Shown in pieces: positions 10,307 through 22,167 of a stretch of 50,033 nucleotides of DNA; positions within the stretch are counted from its first letter, which is position 1, and every line of letters starts with the position of its first letter. A model generated the notes under the pieces. That model worked only from the letters and a program-made list of their open reading frames with translations, had not been told where the DNA came from and made no database searches. A program made the position numbers and the translations under genes. Source of the DNA: Phyllobates terribilis (lineage: Eukaryota); the NCBI RefSeq assembly GCF_046119375.1, contig NW_027368416.1, positions 1 through 50,033 on the forward strand, read 5' to 3'.

Positions 10307-12827
10307 TCATACTTGAATCGAAGAATGGAAAATCTTGGCAAAAGAAAGTGTCGAATATGCGAGTAGAAGTGTAATCGACGGGTGCGGCAGGAGGTTCGGC
10401 GGCGGCTGAAAAAAACACACACTTGTCAACTCTTTCTTTTCACACAACTCTTTTGTTATTTGGTTTGATCTCATCGACCATCTCACACCAAAGAAACACT
10501 TCCTCAATCACTTTCTTTTTCACACTTGATGACTTTTCCTCTTCCCTCACCTCTTTCGCATAATTTTTTTCATTATTTCCTATTTTTCTTTCTGCACTAT
10601 TATTTACACTCTATATTTTTATCGCCCATATCTTTTTCACACTAAACATTTTTTTCCTCAAAAAACCTCGCTTTCACTCGGTTTTTAAAAAACATTGGTT
10701 CAAAAGGGAAAATGATTATACAATATAGCTCAAATTTTGTTTTAGGGAAACGACTCAATGACTCCATCTAACCTACGAATTCAAAATGCAACCTAAATTA
10801 AGAGAAAAAAGAAAAACTACCTTGTTCGGGTTGCCTCTCAAGAAGCACCTTGTTTAGAGTCATGGCTTGACTCTCATCTAGCTCAACTCCCGGAAGAGTT
10901 GTCCACACACTTGGGAGTTTTCACTCACCCAATTTGAAGACGGTTAGAATTCACAGTTGTGTGAGTATGCCCTTGTTGGCATTTATTCCTAGGCTTCCTC
11001 ACCCTAGGTCCATACTTCTTCTTGGCCTCCCCACACTTAGACTATTGTGGGGTCCCTCTAGTGTTGTGCTCAACCTGCACAAGTATATCAACATCTCGTG
11101 GACTAGGTCTTCCTAGTAAATTTAGTCTGGTGTTTGATCCTGACACAACTAGTTCAATCTCGTTGAGGGAATGAACCAATGCATCATTGATGGTCTTATC
11201 GTCCACTGTGAATTTAAAGGTTTCTCCACCGAATACCAAAGGTAGTTGTGCTTTCACTCACATCTATAACCTCTCTTGCGGCTTTCATATATGGTCTCCC
11301 TAGAATGAGAGGCTCATACTCCATTTCCATTATGTAAGGTTTCGTGGGGAAAGTAAACTCACCCTTACAAACCCATACATTCTCCACTTTACCGAGTGGG
11401 AGTATGTTGGTCTTGTCGGGCAACTGAATGGCGATTCTATTAAAATGCATAGGACCTAGACCAAGGTCATAGTGAAGGTAAGAAGAGAGAACTAAAATAG
11501 ACACACCTAGATTGAGCAAGGCTCGGTCGACATCCATCTTCCTGATATTGATGGGAATAGTGAACATCCCGGGATCCTCCTCCTTCATTGGCTTGGGGTT
11601 GGCATTCTTCTTCTTCCACTTAAGAGCAATTTGCTCTTGCATTTTCTTTGTGGTCCCGATCTCATCTAAAATTTGTGCAACAACCAGATTTGTCATCATC
11701 TCCATGTAGAGGGGTGAGTCTTCATTGACGTCGCAGAATGTGTCGATCAAACTCTTCCGCGTGTCAGAGATTTCCAACTCGCTTAGAGTTGATGATACCG
11801 TCTCCTCAGAGGGTATCTCTTCTCCACGAAACTCCTCTATTTTCTTATAACTAATTGTCGCGTCATGTCGTACGACGCGGGAGTCTACTACCTCATCACT
11901 GCCCAAAAATTCGCCAAGCACAATCGGGTTATGACGGTTACTCAAGTGTGATGGACAACTGTCCTCAGAGTTGCTGGATATAAAGATTAGTCAAAAGTGA
12001 CCTCCATGGGGTGGTAATGGTTCATGGTGTACCTTGTTCGAGTTGTCACTCTTAAAGATAAGACATCGGTGAGCGCTTGGTGACGTCTCCTAGCTAATTT
12101 TGAACTCTTTAAGTTCATATTTTTCGTCATGGTGCCTCACCCGTAATATAGAGCGTCATTCACCGGTGTCAAGCTCAAGTTCCTCTCCTGGTGCACTTCG
12201 AATGTAGATCCGATCCGTTCACTTATACCGGAATCCATGTTCAAACAATTCTATGTAATCCCGACGTTCACGAGCTTCCTTGCAAATGCGGGAGTTCACT
12301 CTTTGGAGATGCTCTTCTTTTCTACACTTAACCTCATATAGCGCTCGACGAGTTGTAATGTCCCTTCAAGGGTATTACGTAGCTCACGCAGCTCTTAACT
12401 TTGATTATCAAGGCTATCATTCTTCTTGTCTGAATACCGTCTAGGAGTGCCAAAAGAATCTTCACTCTCCTTGTCTCGCTCAGATCGGTGAGCGCCGGTA
12501 TAAAGGTGGTGGTCACTGGTATAAGGGAAACGACCAAGGTACTGCGGATGCTCACATGTGTTTCAACAACTTTGAGTTGTTCATCGGAAAAGAGAAAGGC
12601 GCAAGTAGTGGTTAGTTGGGTACCTAAATAGTTTTCTGTTTTCCTGAAAGTGTGCCTCAGATTTTCGTCGGGTGCAGATCATATTTACGATTTCATTGAA
12701 TCATGTTGCAAATTTTTCATTTCCGCTCGACAGGCACCGGTAGATTGGCCTTGGGCGCCGAATATGCCTCTGCATTCTCAGGCTCTCAGTCCTAGATTTT
12801 GGCGGGCGCCGCTAGTAGGGAAACGGT
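10307..12827 (-). mobile_element. Family C (-) internal region: env-like ORF start, post-ORF motif, protease, Gag-AP linker (copy 2)
   Basis: Continues the sequence left of the A1 TSD; contains the protease ORF 11214-11945 and the conserved post-ORF motif at ~10826-10874. Confidence 0.8.
10924..11945 (-). pseudogene. Family C aspartic protease remnant plus C-terminal tail
   Basis: EDPGMFTIPINI..DRALLNLGVSI..IQLPDKT..PLILGRPYMKAAREVID is the Athila-type AP context. Frameshifts into 11042-11257; tail ends TVNSNRLQIG*. Confidence 0.85.
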
Positions 12828-13800
12828 TGATAGGGACATCTACAACACGTCTATGAACAAAGATATATCATCATTTTACTAGACGTAGGGGAATTATTAT
12901 GACATATTATGTCTATTCCATTATCCGGTGCTATATTTCTAATTCGAGCTATTATGGAGCTTCTTAGAGTTGACGAGGAGCTAAGGAAGAAGTGAAGACG
13001 GATACCAACATATTGAAGATCATAAATAAGCTGAAGGATCTGGAGATAGAAGACATTTAGGCGGACGCCTATGCTTCATCGGTACCCGCCGATGAAAGAT
13101 TTCACGAGGTTTACAAAATACTCTTCGCCGGCCGCCGATTTCCTTTCGAGTCTTTTTACTATCTTTTTTGTCATGATTTCCTTTAATTCTATCCATAGTT
13201 TCCGAATTTAATTAATTATTTTATTAGTTTTTTTGGGTTTAGTAGTCCTACCCTATAAATAGGGCTTTAGAATTTTATCATTTATGTTATCGTTATCATT
13301 ATCATCATTTTCTATCATTCATAGTTTGGAGTTATGTTACTTTGTTCTTGAGGATTTTGAGAGTTTTTTCCACATGTAAATCTTGAATTCTCATTTTTTT
13401 ATCCTTGTAGAACCTGCTATGGATAACTAAAATTCTTAGTAGCGCATTGATGTGTTATTTCGTTTGATGTATTGAATGATTTCGGTTTGGTTTAGCATTG
13501 TTTGGTTCTTTTTCTCTGGATTTTAATCCTATTAAATTCTGATTTTCGATGCTAGATTGATTACCTAGGATTGATATTGTTATTCATACATGATAGGATA
13601 GATTAACGACATTCCTATTAAGATATTCTTTTGAAACAAGCATGGAAATATAGATTCAATTTGAACTAGGTCTTGTGTGTAGAGATTTGGATTGTATGCT
13701 AGTTGCTAAATTCGTATTCACTAGTGTTATTTACTTATTGCTTCCATTGATCTGAACTATAGGCGTTTTTCATAGCTAAATGCCTATTCATTGGTGCTCT
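12828..13800 (+). mobile_element. Family C-type 5' LTR of C'(+), 3' end and PBS deleted (right boundary approximate)
   Basis: Starts TGATAGGG; homologous to 1231-~2130; TATAAATAGGG at 13254; no LTR end or PBS visible before the gag-like sequence. Confidence 0.7.
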
Positions 13801-13864
13801 TTACTTAGTGCCGAATTTTTAGGCTAGTCGCGCTTGTTTTGCTGAATCTTCTCCAATTTTACCC

Positions 13865-14591
13865 ATGGCAAAGATAAAACGTGAATTCCACCGTCTTAGG
13901 AGAGGAAGAGTTTGGAAACAAAGAAAAGAAGAAACTAAAAAGTTGTCCGAAGATATGGATCAAACCTTGGATGTTTTGACTGACCGGACTTGGGTTTCCC
14001 AACAAGAGCTCTAGCTCTACCAACGCCTAGTTGGCTAGAAAATCGAGGACAAGACTAGTTCACTTACTACCAAATTCAGCGGCAAATCGATAGAAGATCC
14101 CATCCAACATCTTTAAGAATTTGTGGAGGTTTGATTCAATCTTCAACCATAGGATATGGATGAGGAGCAAATGAAGATGAGATCCTTCTCCTAGAGGGAT
14201 TCTGCGAAGGGCTGGTACCCACACCCTTGCCCCGGGAAGTGTTATGAACTGGGTGTATATGAAGAAGTTTTTTCAAGCAAAGTACTTCCCCGCCATTAAA
14301 TCCAACTCCTTGAAGAAGAAGATTTGCAACATCGAGAAAGAAGGCAACGAGTCTCTCTAACGACTATCTTGAGAGGTTCAAGAACCTAATCAAGACCTTC
14401 CCATATCATGGCTATAAAGACCACCACTTGTTATTGTACTTGCATAGCGGCCTTTGTGGGGATGACTATTGAATGGTTAACGTGGCATGCCAAGGGAACA
14501 TATTAGGCTTAACTAATTCCACAACCATGAAGATATTCACTACTCTAGCAGATGACTCGATACAGTATAATAGGCGTGGAAGAAAGAGTGT
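13865..14591 (+). pseudogene. gag: C'(+) gag, N-terminal half
   Basis: Fragments TKFSGKSIEDPIQHL, DMDEEQMKMR, KYFPAIKSNSLKKKICNIEK, DYLERFKNLIKTFPYHG. Reads in frame into 46594 (RRGRKSV|SSATIAESDEVELLKEE) once B1 is removed. Confidence 0.85.
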
Positions 14592-15035
14592 TGATTGGCG
14601 GCATCTCGTACACCATAAAGAGTGGAAATTACCATCAACTACATGCATAATAGGCCACAAATAGACCATATTGTCGTAATCTTGACTTCGTGGAACAAAG
14701 TGGCTAAATACGAGGATTACGTGCACAAGGAAGAAGACGTGGTAGGCGAGGAGCAAAGCACGCGCCAAGAAGAGACACAAGAAGGCTAATTTACCCTGGG
14801 CGCGGCCGCGCCCTAGGATGTGCGGCCAAGATAAGGCAATCAACTAGTGGAGCGACCGCGCCACACACGACGCACTCGCGCCCTATCCACTAGAGGTCGG
14901 CGCGATCACGCCGACAGAAGCGCGCCAGGGTCTTCAGCAGCCCCTGCGTTGCGAGAAGCCCTAATTTCGGGAGCTTAAGTGTGCTTTTTACCTAGATTTT
15001 TGTATAGTTTCGGGCTGGGACTTCCACACACTTTC
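14592..15035 (+). repeat. B1 5' LTR, truncated by deletion
   Basis: TGATTGGCGG start; matches 45306-45742 up to CTTCCACACACTTT, then jumps to Gag C-terminal sequence. Confidence 0.85.
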
Positions 15036-16744
15036 TCTCTAACGTCGAAGGGAGAATCAACAGATGAACATACAACCTTGTCAAGGATTTCCGACTGTGG
15101 AGATGCTCAAGGACTTGGAAAAAACCGTCGCCACTCTTGCATCAACTGCCCAAAACACCGACTCAAGGTTGAAGAATCTAGAAGTTCAAATCGGGCAGAT
15201 CGTGCAGACCGTCTCGACGTTAGCATAGAAAAACTCCAATTCACTACTGGTCAAGGCGGTGGTGAACCAAAAACAAAACGTGGTGAGTACGAGTCAGAAT
15301 CTGAAGAATGCCAACGCGATAGCGTTAAGAAGCGGTAAAAACTCCGAGACAAAGGCAAGTCAAGAAGAAGAAGTATTACAAGAACTAGAAGAGGCATGCC
15401 CGCCCAAGGAATTGCGTGACCTTGCACCCCCTTACATAAGCAAACCAGCGTCGTGCACAAAGACACGCGCATGTGCATTACCTACTGGAGGACGGCGAGA
15501 CCGCGTCACCCAGGCGCGACCACGTGATGACGGAGCCATCTTCCAATAGTTTGGCGTGACCGCGCCCTACCGAGCACGACCGTGCCTTGCCTACAGAGAC
15601 AAAGATGCGACCGCGTCTGGCTAAGCGTGGCCGGGCCGTACCCACTGTTGTGGAAGAAGCGATCGAAAAGGAGAAAAGTGAAAAAGAAGGCCAGATGGAG
15701 GAAGAGGAAGAGCTAGACGATCCAAGAGGCAATTTGAAGCTCCGACGGAGCAACTATGTTTTCCCGAACTTCCCTCTGCCCTATTAGGAGAAAACACCGG
15801 CCCCATTCCCAGAAGCATTGAAGGATACTAGAAGGCCAGCTGACGATAAAGAGCTATTCGAAATCACCAACAAATGTGTCGCGAACATCCCATTACTCAA
15901 ACTGGTCCAAAGCATACCACGGTACACGAAATTACTCAAGGAACTCTGCATGGTCAAAAGGAAGAAAAGATGAAATAGACCAGCAGAGTAACATCATGAG
16001 AAAGAGTGTCAGCAATCTACCAGTAGTGCATGCCTTGTATGTTCAATGATCCTGGTATGGTAATTTTCCACTCCTAAATTGGCAATACTAATTTTGACAG
16101 AGCTATTTTAGACTTAGGGGCTACTATAAATGTCTTCCCATGTTCTCTATGCAAGCAATTAGGACTTGGACCTTTAAATGAAACAAATATTCTAGTCTAG
16201 TTAGCTAATGGGTTGACTATTCTCCCTATGAGAGTGGTAGAGAACATGCTAGTTAAGGTAGATAGGTTTTTCTTCCCTATGGACATTTATGTGCTGGACA
16301 TGGAGAATGATAGAGAGGGTGTACTTATCATGTTAGGAAAGACTATTTATGAGAACACCCGACACTAAAGTGGACTTAGTGAGAGGGACATTATCTTTAG
16401 AGTTTGATGGAGATGCCATTAGCTTTGACATTGGTAGTGATGAGTAGTCTGGAGATGAGGCAGCAGGTGTTTTTTCTATTAAGTTAGTGGATCTCGAAAT
16501 GGATGTTGACAGGTTAGAGCTAGCATTGGTCGATATGACCCCCATGCTAATATTAGAAGGAGAAATCCCTCTTTTTATTCCACTCATATTTCAAGTAACC
16601 AAAGTGATGTCTAAGTTACCACCGGGACACTACGTGGAGAAGAAGAAGGGATACGATAAGGGGTTCACAAAGAAGAAAAAAGGAATTAAACAGTATTGGA
16701 TACGGAAGGATGAGCTGGCCAAGAGATTGGTCGAAGCAAGATGA
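15036..16744 (+). pseudogene. B1 Gag C-terminus, linker and protease remnant
   Basis: Homologous to 19430-21083 and 24700-26363; fragments NAIALRSGK, DRAILDLGATINV, tail ...GIKQYWIRKDELAKRLVEAR*. Confidence 0.85.
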
Positions 16745-16902
16745 GAGAGAGGTACGTGGAGCCAACAACGTTAAACAAAGGCGCTGACCGAGAGGCAACA
16801 CATCAAAGAGGTAATTAATCTTTTCCCCACTTAAGTTATATATGTCCTTGCTTCACAATAAGGTCATTGTGTTGTTTAAGTGTGGGAGAGGGGAATAGCC
16901 TC

Positions 16903-18189
16903 TAATTGGCAGCATTTTGTACATCATAAAGAGTGGAAATTAGCATTAACTATAGGCGTGCAAGGCCACATAAGCAGAGTATTGTTGTGATCACGACTTC
17001 GTGGAGAAAAGAGTATAAATACGAGGACTACATGAAAAAGGGAAAAGACGCGGAAGGCGAGGAACGAATGCAAGTTAATAAGAGATGCGAGAGGGGCACT
17101 TTTCTCTAGGAGCGACTGTGCCCTAGCTCGCGCGGCCCAGAAATGCAAGCCGCACAGTGGCACGACCACGCCACACATGACGCATCCGTGCACCACCTTC
17201 TTAGGACGGCGCAATCGCGTCGACCAAAACGCGACCGCACCTTCAGCCGCGACAGTCCTGGGAGAAGCCCTAGTTCCGGGAAATTAATTGGCTTTCTACC
17301 TAGGTTTCATATGTATTTTGGGATGGACTTCCACACACTTAATTTAGGGTTTATAATTTAGGTTTAAGTTAGTCACTTTTTATAAATAGGGCTCATCCCT
17401 AGTATCTCATATTCCAATATACATTTCATTTTACGCTATTAGTAATGAGCCAGGAGTACTCTCCTTAGACTTTGTATGGTTAGGTTCGCGCCCTAGACTG
17501 ATTCAACGTGATGTTCCTATCCTTGGTTCTTAATGTAATTATGTCTCTATTGCTTTAATCTCTTGTGTGTAATATGTACTGAATTGAATATACTTTCTAG
17601 ATTAATCATCTAGGTTGTTTAGTTCGATTTAATATTGTTATGGCATGGTTTATCCTAGTTGGAGAACCTTGCCTGCTTAGTGGTACAAATCTCTACTTGG
17701 ACTAGTTGGACTTGTAGGATAGGGAGATTAATGAGGTATAGCCGTCAAGGGTAATATACCTTCCTATTTATTGATGAACTTAATTATGCCTCGGAGTTAG
17801 TCTTGATAGTTTCAAGCCTAGGTTGGTAGGTAAGACGTTGTTAGGACTAGTTGACCTAACTAGTAGTATTAGTACATGGATTAGGAAAATTAAGAAGACA
17901 TATAGAAATTAGGTATAGAGATAGAACCCGAGTAGAAGGAACCTAGGACCATTAAATCAGCCTAGTAGATTAGACCAACCATATGAAGTGTTCGTCCCAT
18001 TTAATCAAAACAAACAAAATAGTTTTCATAATTCCCCAATTAGTTACTTTTCATTAGTTAGTGTTTCTAATACTATAAGAATTGATTACCTTCGGTTCCT
18101 TGTGGGATTCGATCCCGACTTGCCACTCTACTTGAGTAGAGGAGTTATAAGGGATTACTTTGATTAAGGGCCTAACGACCACTTTGTCA
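16903..18189 (+). repeat. B2 LTR 1
   Basis: TAATTGGC (TG mutated to TA) to ...TTTGTCA; TATAAATAGGG at 17381; followed by a PBS. Confidence 0.9.
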
Positions 18190-18192
18190 AAT

Positions 18193-18210
18193 TGGCGCCG
18201 TGGCGTGGAA
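18193..18210 (+). promoter_or_regulatory. PBS (tRNA-Asp type, degenerate)
   Basis: TGGCGCCGTGGCGTGGAA, 3 nt after the LTR end. Confidence 0.8.
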
Positions 18211-18264
18211 CCAATTTTCTTTTCTTATGATATTAGCTTGATTAACAGGGGGTCTGACTAGTGC

Positions 18265-21083
18265 ATGGTCAGTACCCGCGCTACTAATCCTTACCTTGTT
18301 GAGTTTATTCAAGATATTGAACGTATTGCTAGAAGAAGACTAAGAGAGAGAGCCGTTGAAACGATGCAGCAGGCAGACATTTCAGTCAACAATGAGTCGC
18401 CGGTGCAAATGCCGGAACAGCTGGAGGCCAAACAATTTCTTATGAACCAACTTCTTGATGCATGCGTGCAGCAGAACAACCTCACTGGAAACAGGACGTT
18501 GCGGGAGTGCACTACTCCCAACTTGACGCAGCAGCTTCAAGCGGTGATTCTACCACCACTTGCACCGGGAGTGACATTCGAACTCAAGTCCGGAGTGATC
18601 AACTTACTCCCCACCTTCCATGGGATTCCCGAAGAAAACCACATTATGCATCTAAATCAATTACACGACAATTGTATGACGATGATGCCATGCAACGTGT
18701 TGAAGGATCAAATCAAAATGAGGGCATTCGGCTTTACCTTGAAGGTTACATCTAGAGCATGGTACTACCACCTCCCTACAGGCACTATTGACAGATGGAG
18801 AAGTTGCACTGGGAGTTTCTCAACCGCTACTTTCTGGTGAAGAAAGCAAACGCGCCGAAGAGGGAGATCGCGCAGGTTGAACAAAAGGAGGGAGAATCGT
18901 TGTACAACTATTTAGAGAGGTTCAAAGGGTTGTGCGCTAGTTTCCCTTTCCATGGCTATGAACAATATAACATGGTGTTGTTTCTTACTCAAGGGCTGCT
19001 ATCTAATGAGAGATGGATATAGATGCATTGTATGGATGAAGTGTTCTTAATATGACCCCAGAGGACGTGATGTACAAGTTGCAGGATACGGCCGAGAGAA
19101 CAAGGAGCTTTTGAAGGACGTACACTTCAAGGCATGTGAACGCTGCAAACTCGAGCATAGAAGGATCAAACATAGTCGTAGACTTAGCCGAGATCCAGAA
19201 AATGATCACAAAGTTGGTACCTACTGGAGAGCAGCGCCTCACTCGACTCTGCGGTATTTGTGCAAGTACTAGTTACCATTATGAGGCATGTCCCGAGCTT
19301 AGGGACGATACAATCATGGAAGTGAACGCGATGGGAGGATATGGACCTCCTCCTCCATGGGAGAATCACAGAATTTCCAACCACGTTATCAAGACAAGCA
19401 AGACAAGCAGAGGTGGAGACCTCGTGAGCAGCAACAGAAGAATCAAGGAGCTCCGACTATGGAGATGATTAAGGAGAAGAAAGTTGCCACTCTCGCATCA
19501 ACTGGCCAAATTCCGACTCAAGGCTGAAAAATGTAGAAGTTCCAATTGGGCAGATAGCGCAGACCGTCTCGACGTTAGTGCTGAACAACTCCAACTCATT
19601 ACCAGCTCAGACGGTTGTAAATCCAAACCAGAATGTGGCAAGCACGAGTCAGAATCTGAAAAATGTTAGTGCAATGGCGTTAAGAAGTGGTAAAGACTCC
19701 GAGAAGAAGGCAAGACTAGAGGAAAAAGAAGTATAAGACTCGACAGAGGCGTGCTCGTGCATGGAAATGTGTGACCGCACGTCCCTTACAGAAGCCGACC
19801 TGTGACCACGGATAGACCCACACGCCCGTGTTGGAGGACCGCGTGACCGCGCAACCTTGGTTCGCGATCGCGTGTCGACGGAGCCAGTTTCCCAAAGTTT
19901 GGCGCAATTGCACCCTACCGAGCGCGACCCTGCCCTGGCTACAGAAACAGAGACGCGACCGCGTCTGGATGAGTGCACCCGCGCTATACCCTCTGCAGAA
20001 GATGACGTGACTGAGAAGGAAAAGGGTGGAAAAGAAGGTCCGATGGAGGAAGAAGAAGAACTAGAAGATCCAAGAGGCGATTTCAAGCTCTGCCAGAGCA
20101 ACTATGTTTGCTCGAACTTCCCTCCGCTCGATTCGGAGAAGCCTGTTGCCCCATTCCTAGAAGCACTACAAGATACTAGAAGGTCAGCGGACGATAAAGT
20201 GCTATTCGAAATCTTTAATAAACGTGATGTGAATACTCCCTTACTCAAGTTGGTCCAAAGTATACCGTGGTATGCGAAGTTCCTCAAGGAGATTTGCACG
20301 GTAAAAAGGAAGAAAAGGAAGAAAGAAACTAGTACAATAGCGGCCGGAGAGAGAGTGTCTTCAATCTACCAGCAGTGCACCTTGTAAGTTCAAAGACCCA
20401 GGTATGGTCACTGTCCCTTGCAAAATTGGCAATACCAATTTTGATCGAGCTATGTTAGATCTAGGGGCTTCTATATATGTATTCCAATATTCCCTATGCA
20501 AGCAATTAGGATTTGGACACTTAAATGAAACTAATATTCTAGTCCAATTAATTGATAGGTCGACTATTTGCCCTAGAGTAGTTGTAGAGAATGGTCTAGT
20601 TAAGGTAGATAGGCTTTTCTTCCCTACGGACTTTTATATGCTGGACATGGAAAATGATAGAGTGGGTGTACCTATACTGTTGGGTAGACCATTTATTAGA
20701 ATAGCTGGCACTAAAGTGAACTTAGGGAGAGTGACATTATCTATGGAGTTTGATGTAGATGTAGTCAGCTATGATATCGGTAGTGATGGGGAGTCTAGAG
20801 GTGAAGAACGTATGTTTTTTCTATTAAGATAGTGGATCCCGAGAGGGATGTTGATAGGCTAGAGCTAGTATTGCCCGATGGGACCCCATTCTAATATTAG
20901 AAGGAGAAATCCCTCTTTTTCTTCCACCAATATTTCAGGTACCGAAAGTGACGTTTGAGTTACCACCGGACATATGTGGTTAAGAAGAAGGGATACGATA
21001 AGGGGATCACAAAGGAGAGAGAGGGAATTAAGAAATACTGGATACGGAAGGATGAGATGGCCAAGAGATTAGTCGAAGCATGA
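18265..21083 (+). pseudogene. gag: B2 unit 1 gag-protease
   Basis: MVSTRATNPYL...; FELKSGVINLLPTFHG; knuckle CGICASTSYHYEAC; protease AMLDLGASIYV (20404-20832); frameshifts and stops. Confidence 0.9.
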
Positions 21084-22167
21084 TGAGAGAGAGGTACGTC
21101 GAGGCAATGACGTTAAACAAAGGTGCTGACTGGGAGGCAACCCAGCAAAGAGGTAATTTATATTTTTCCCACTTGAGTTATATGTGTCCTTGTTTCACAA
21201 TGAGGAAATTGTGTAGTTTAAGTGTGGGGAAGGGAATTAGCCTCGCATATCCCTGCATTTAAAATTTTGAGTCAGTTTAGCCCTTTTGTTAAATTTTGAA
21301 TTTTTAGAGTTGTTATCCCTAGTTTTTCCCTTGTTTGTGATGGTGTGAACTTCGACAAAGATGTATGGTCTTCACGTTTTCTTACTATGCCTTATATGTT
21401 AATATTTCATGTTTGTGTAGTGAGGATATGTTGGATTAAGTAGAGGACTTAGGCTCGAGCATGTAGAGTATGATTAAGACGCCCTAGAATCTTATTTAGA
21501 GTACATAATCACCACCTTTTCTCTAAATTTTATCATTATGTCATAATAAACTGTTTTCGTCCTTTTTACAAGTAAAAAGAAAAACAATAAGTATAAAATA
21601 GAACCAAGGGATCAATCCTCCATGATCTATTGAGAAAAGAGTCTCATACCAGCTCGGACCATAAAATGGACAAGCTCTATCTAGAAAAACAAAATTTTGG
21701 TCTGGACCATAAAATGGACGGACCCTGCACCCAAAATGTAATGTTGTGAAAAGTGTAATAGGATAAAGGGAGAAAGGAAAAATGCATGTGGTATAACTTG
21801 AGTGTAGTGTGGTTGATGGTTGTTTTTCAACAAATTTGGAACTTTGTTATTCACATTTATATATTAGTTGCGTAGAGACATCTTCGGTATAGTGTGGAGG
21901 TTTAGGTGATTGCATTTGCGTTGAAGTAAACATAGTTAAAATATTGGGGGATTCTTTGTACCATCGTTAGAGTCTAGCTAGTTAGATTGCATTACTTTGA
22001 AGTTGTTATCTAGAATCGGAATCTACACCCGTTATTCTATGATGGAAGCTACCATGAGCTAGAAGTTGATCGATGACCACTCCGGCTGTACCATCCGTAC
22101 TCATTGTGCCCACCAAGCGATAGTCGCAGTTTACTTGAGGACGAGCAATAGTTCAAGTATGGGGGTA

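Noticed and set aside
14592-18189. A complete small element bounded by the LTRs at 14592 and 16903
   Set aside because: The 16903 LTR is followed by a PBS and belongs to a different B subtype. B1 sequence resumes at 44271 and the TSD pairs 14592 with 46588.
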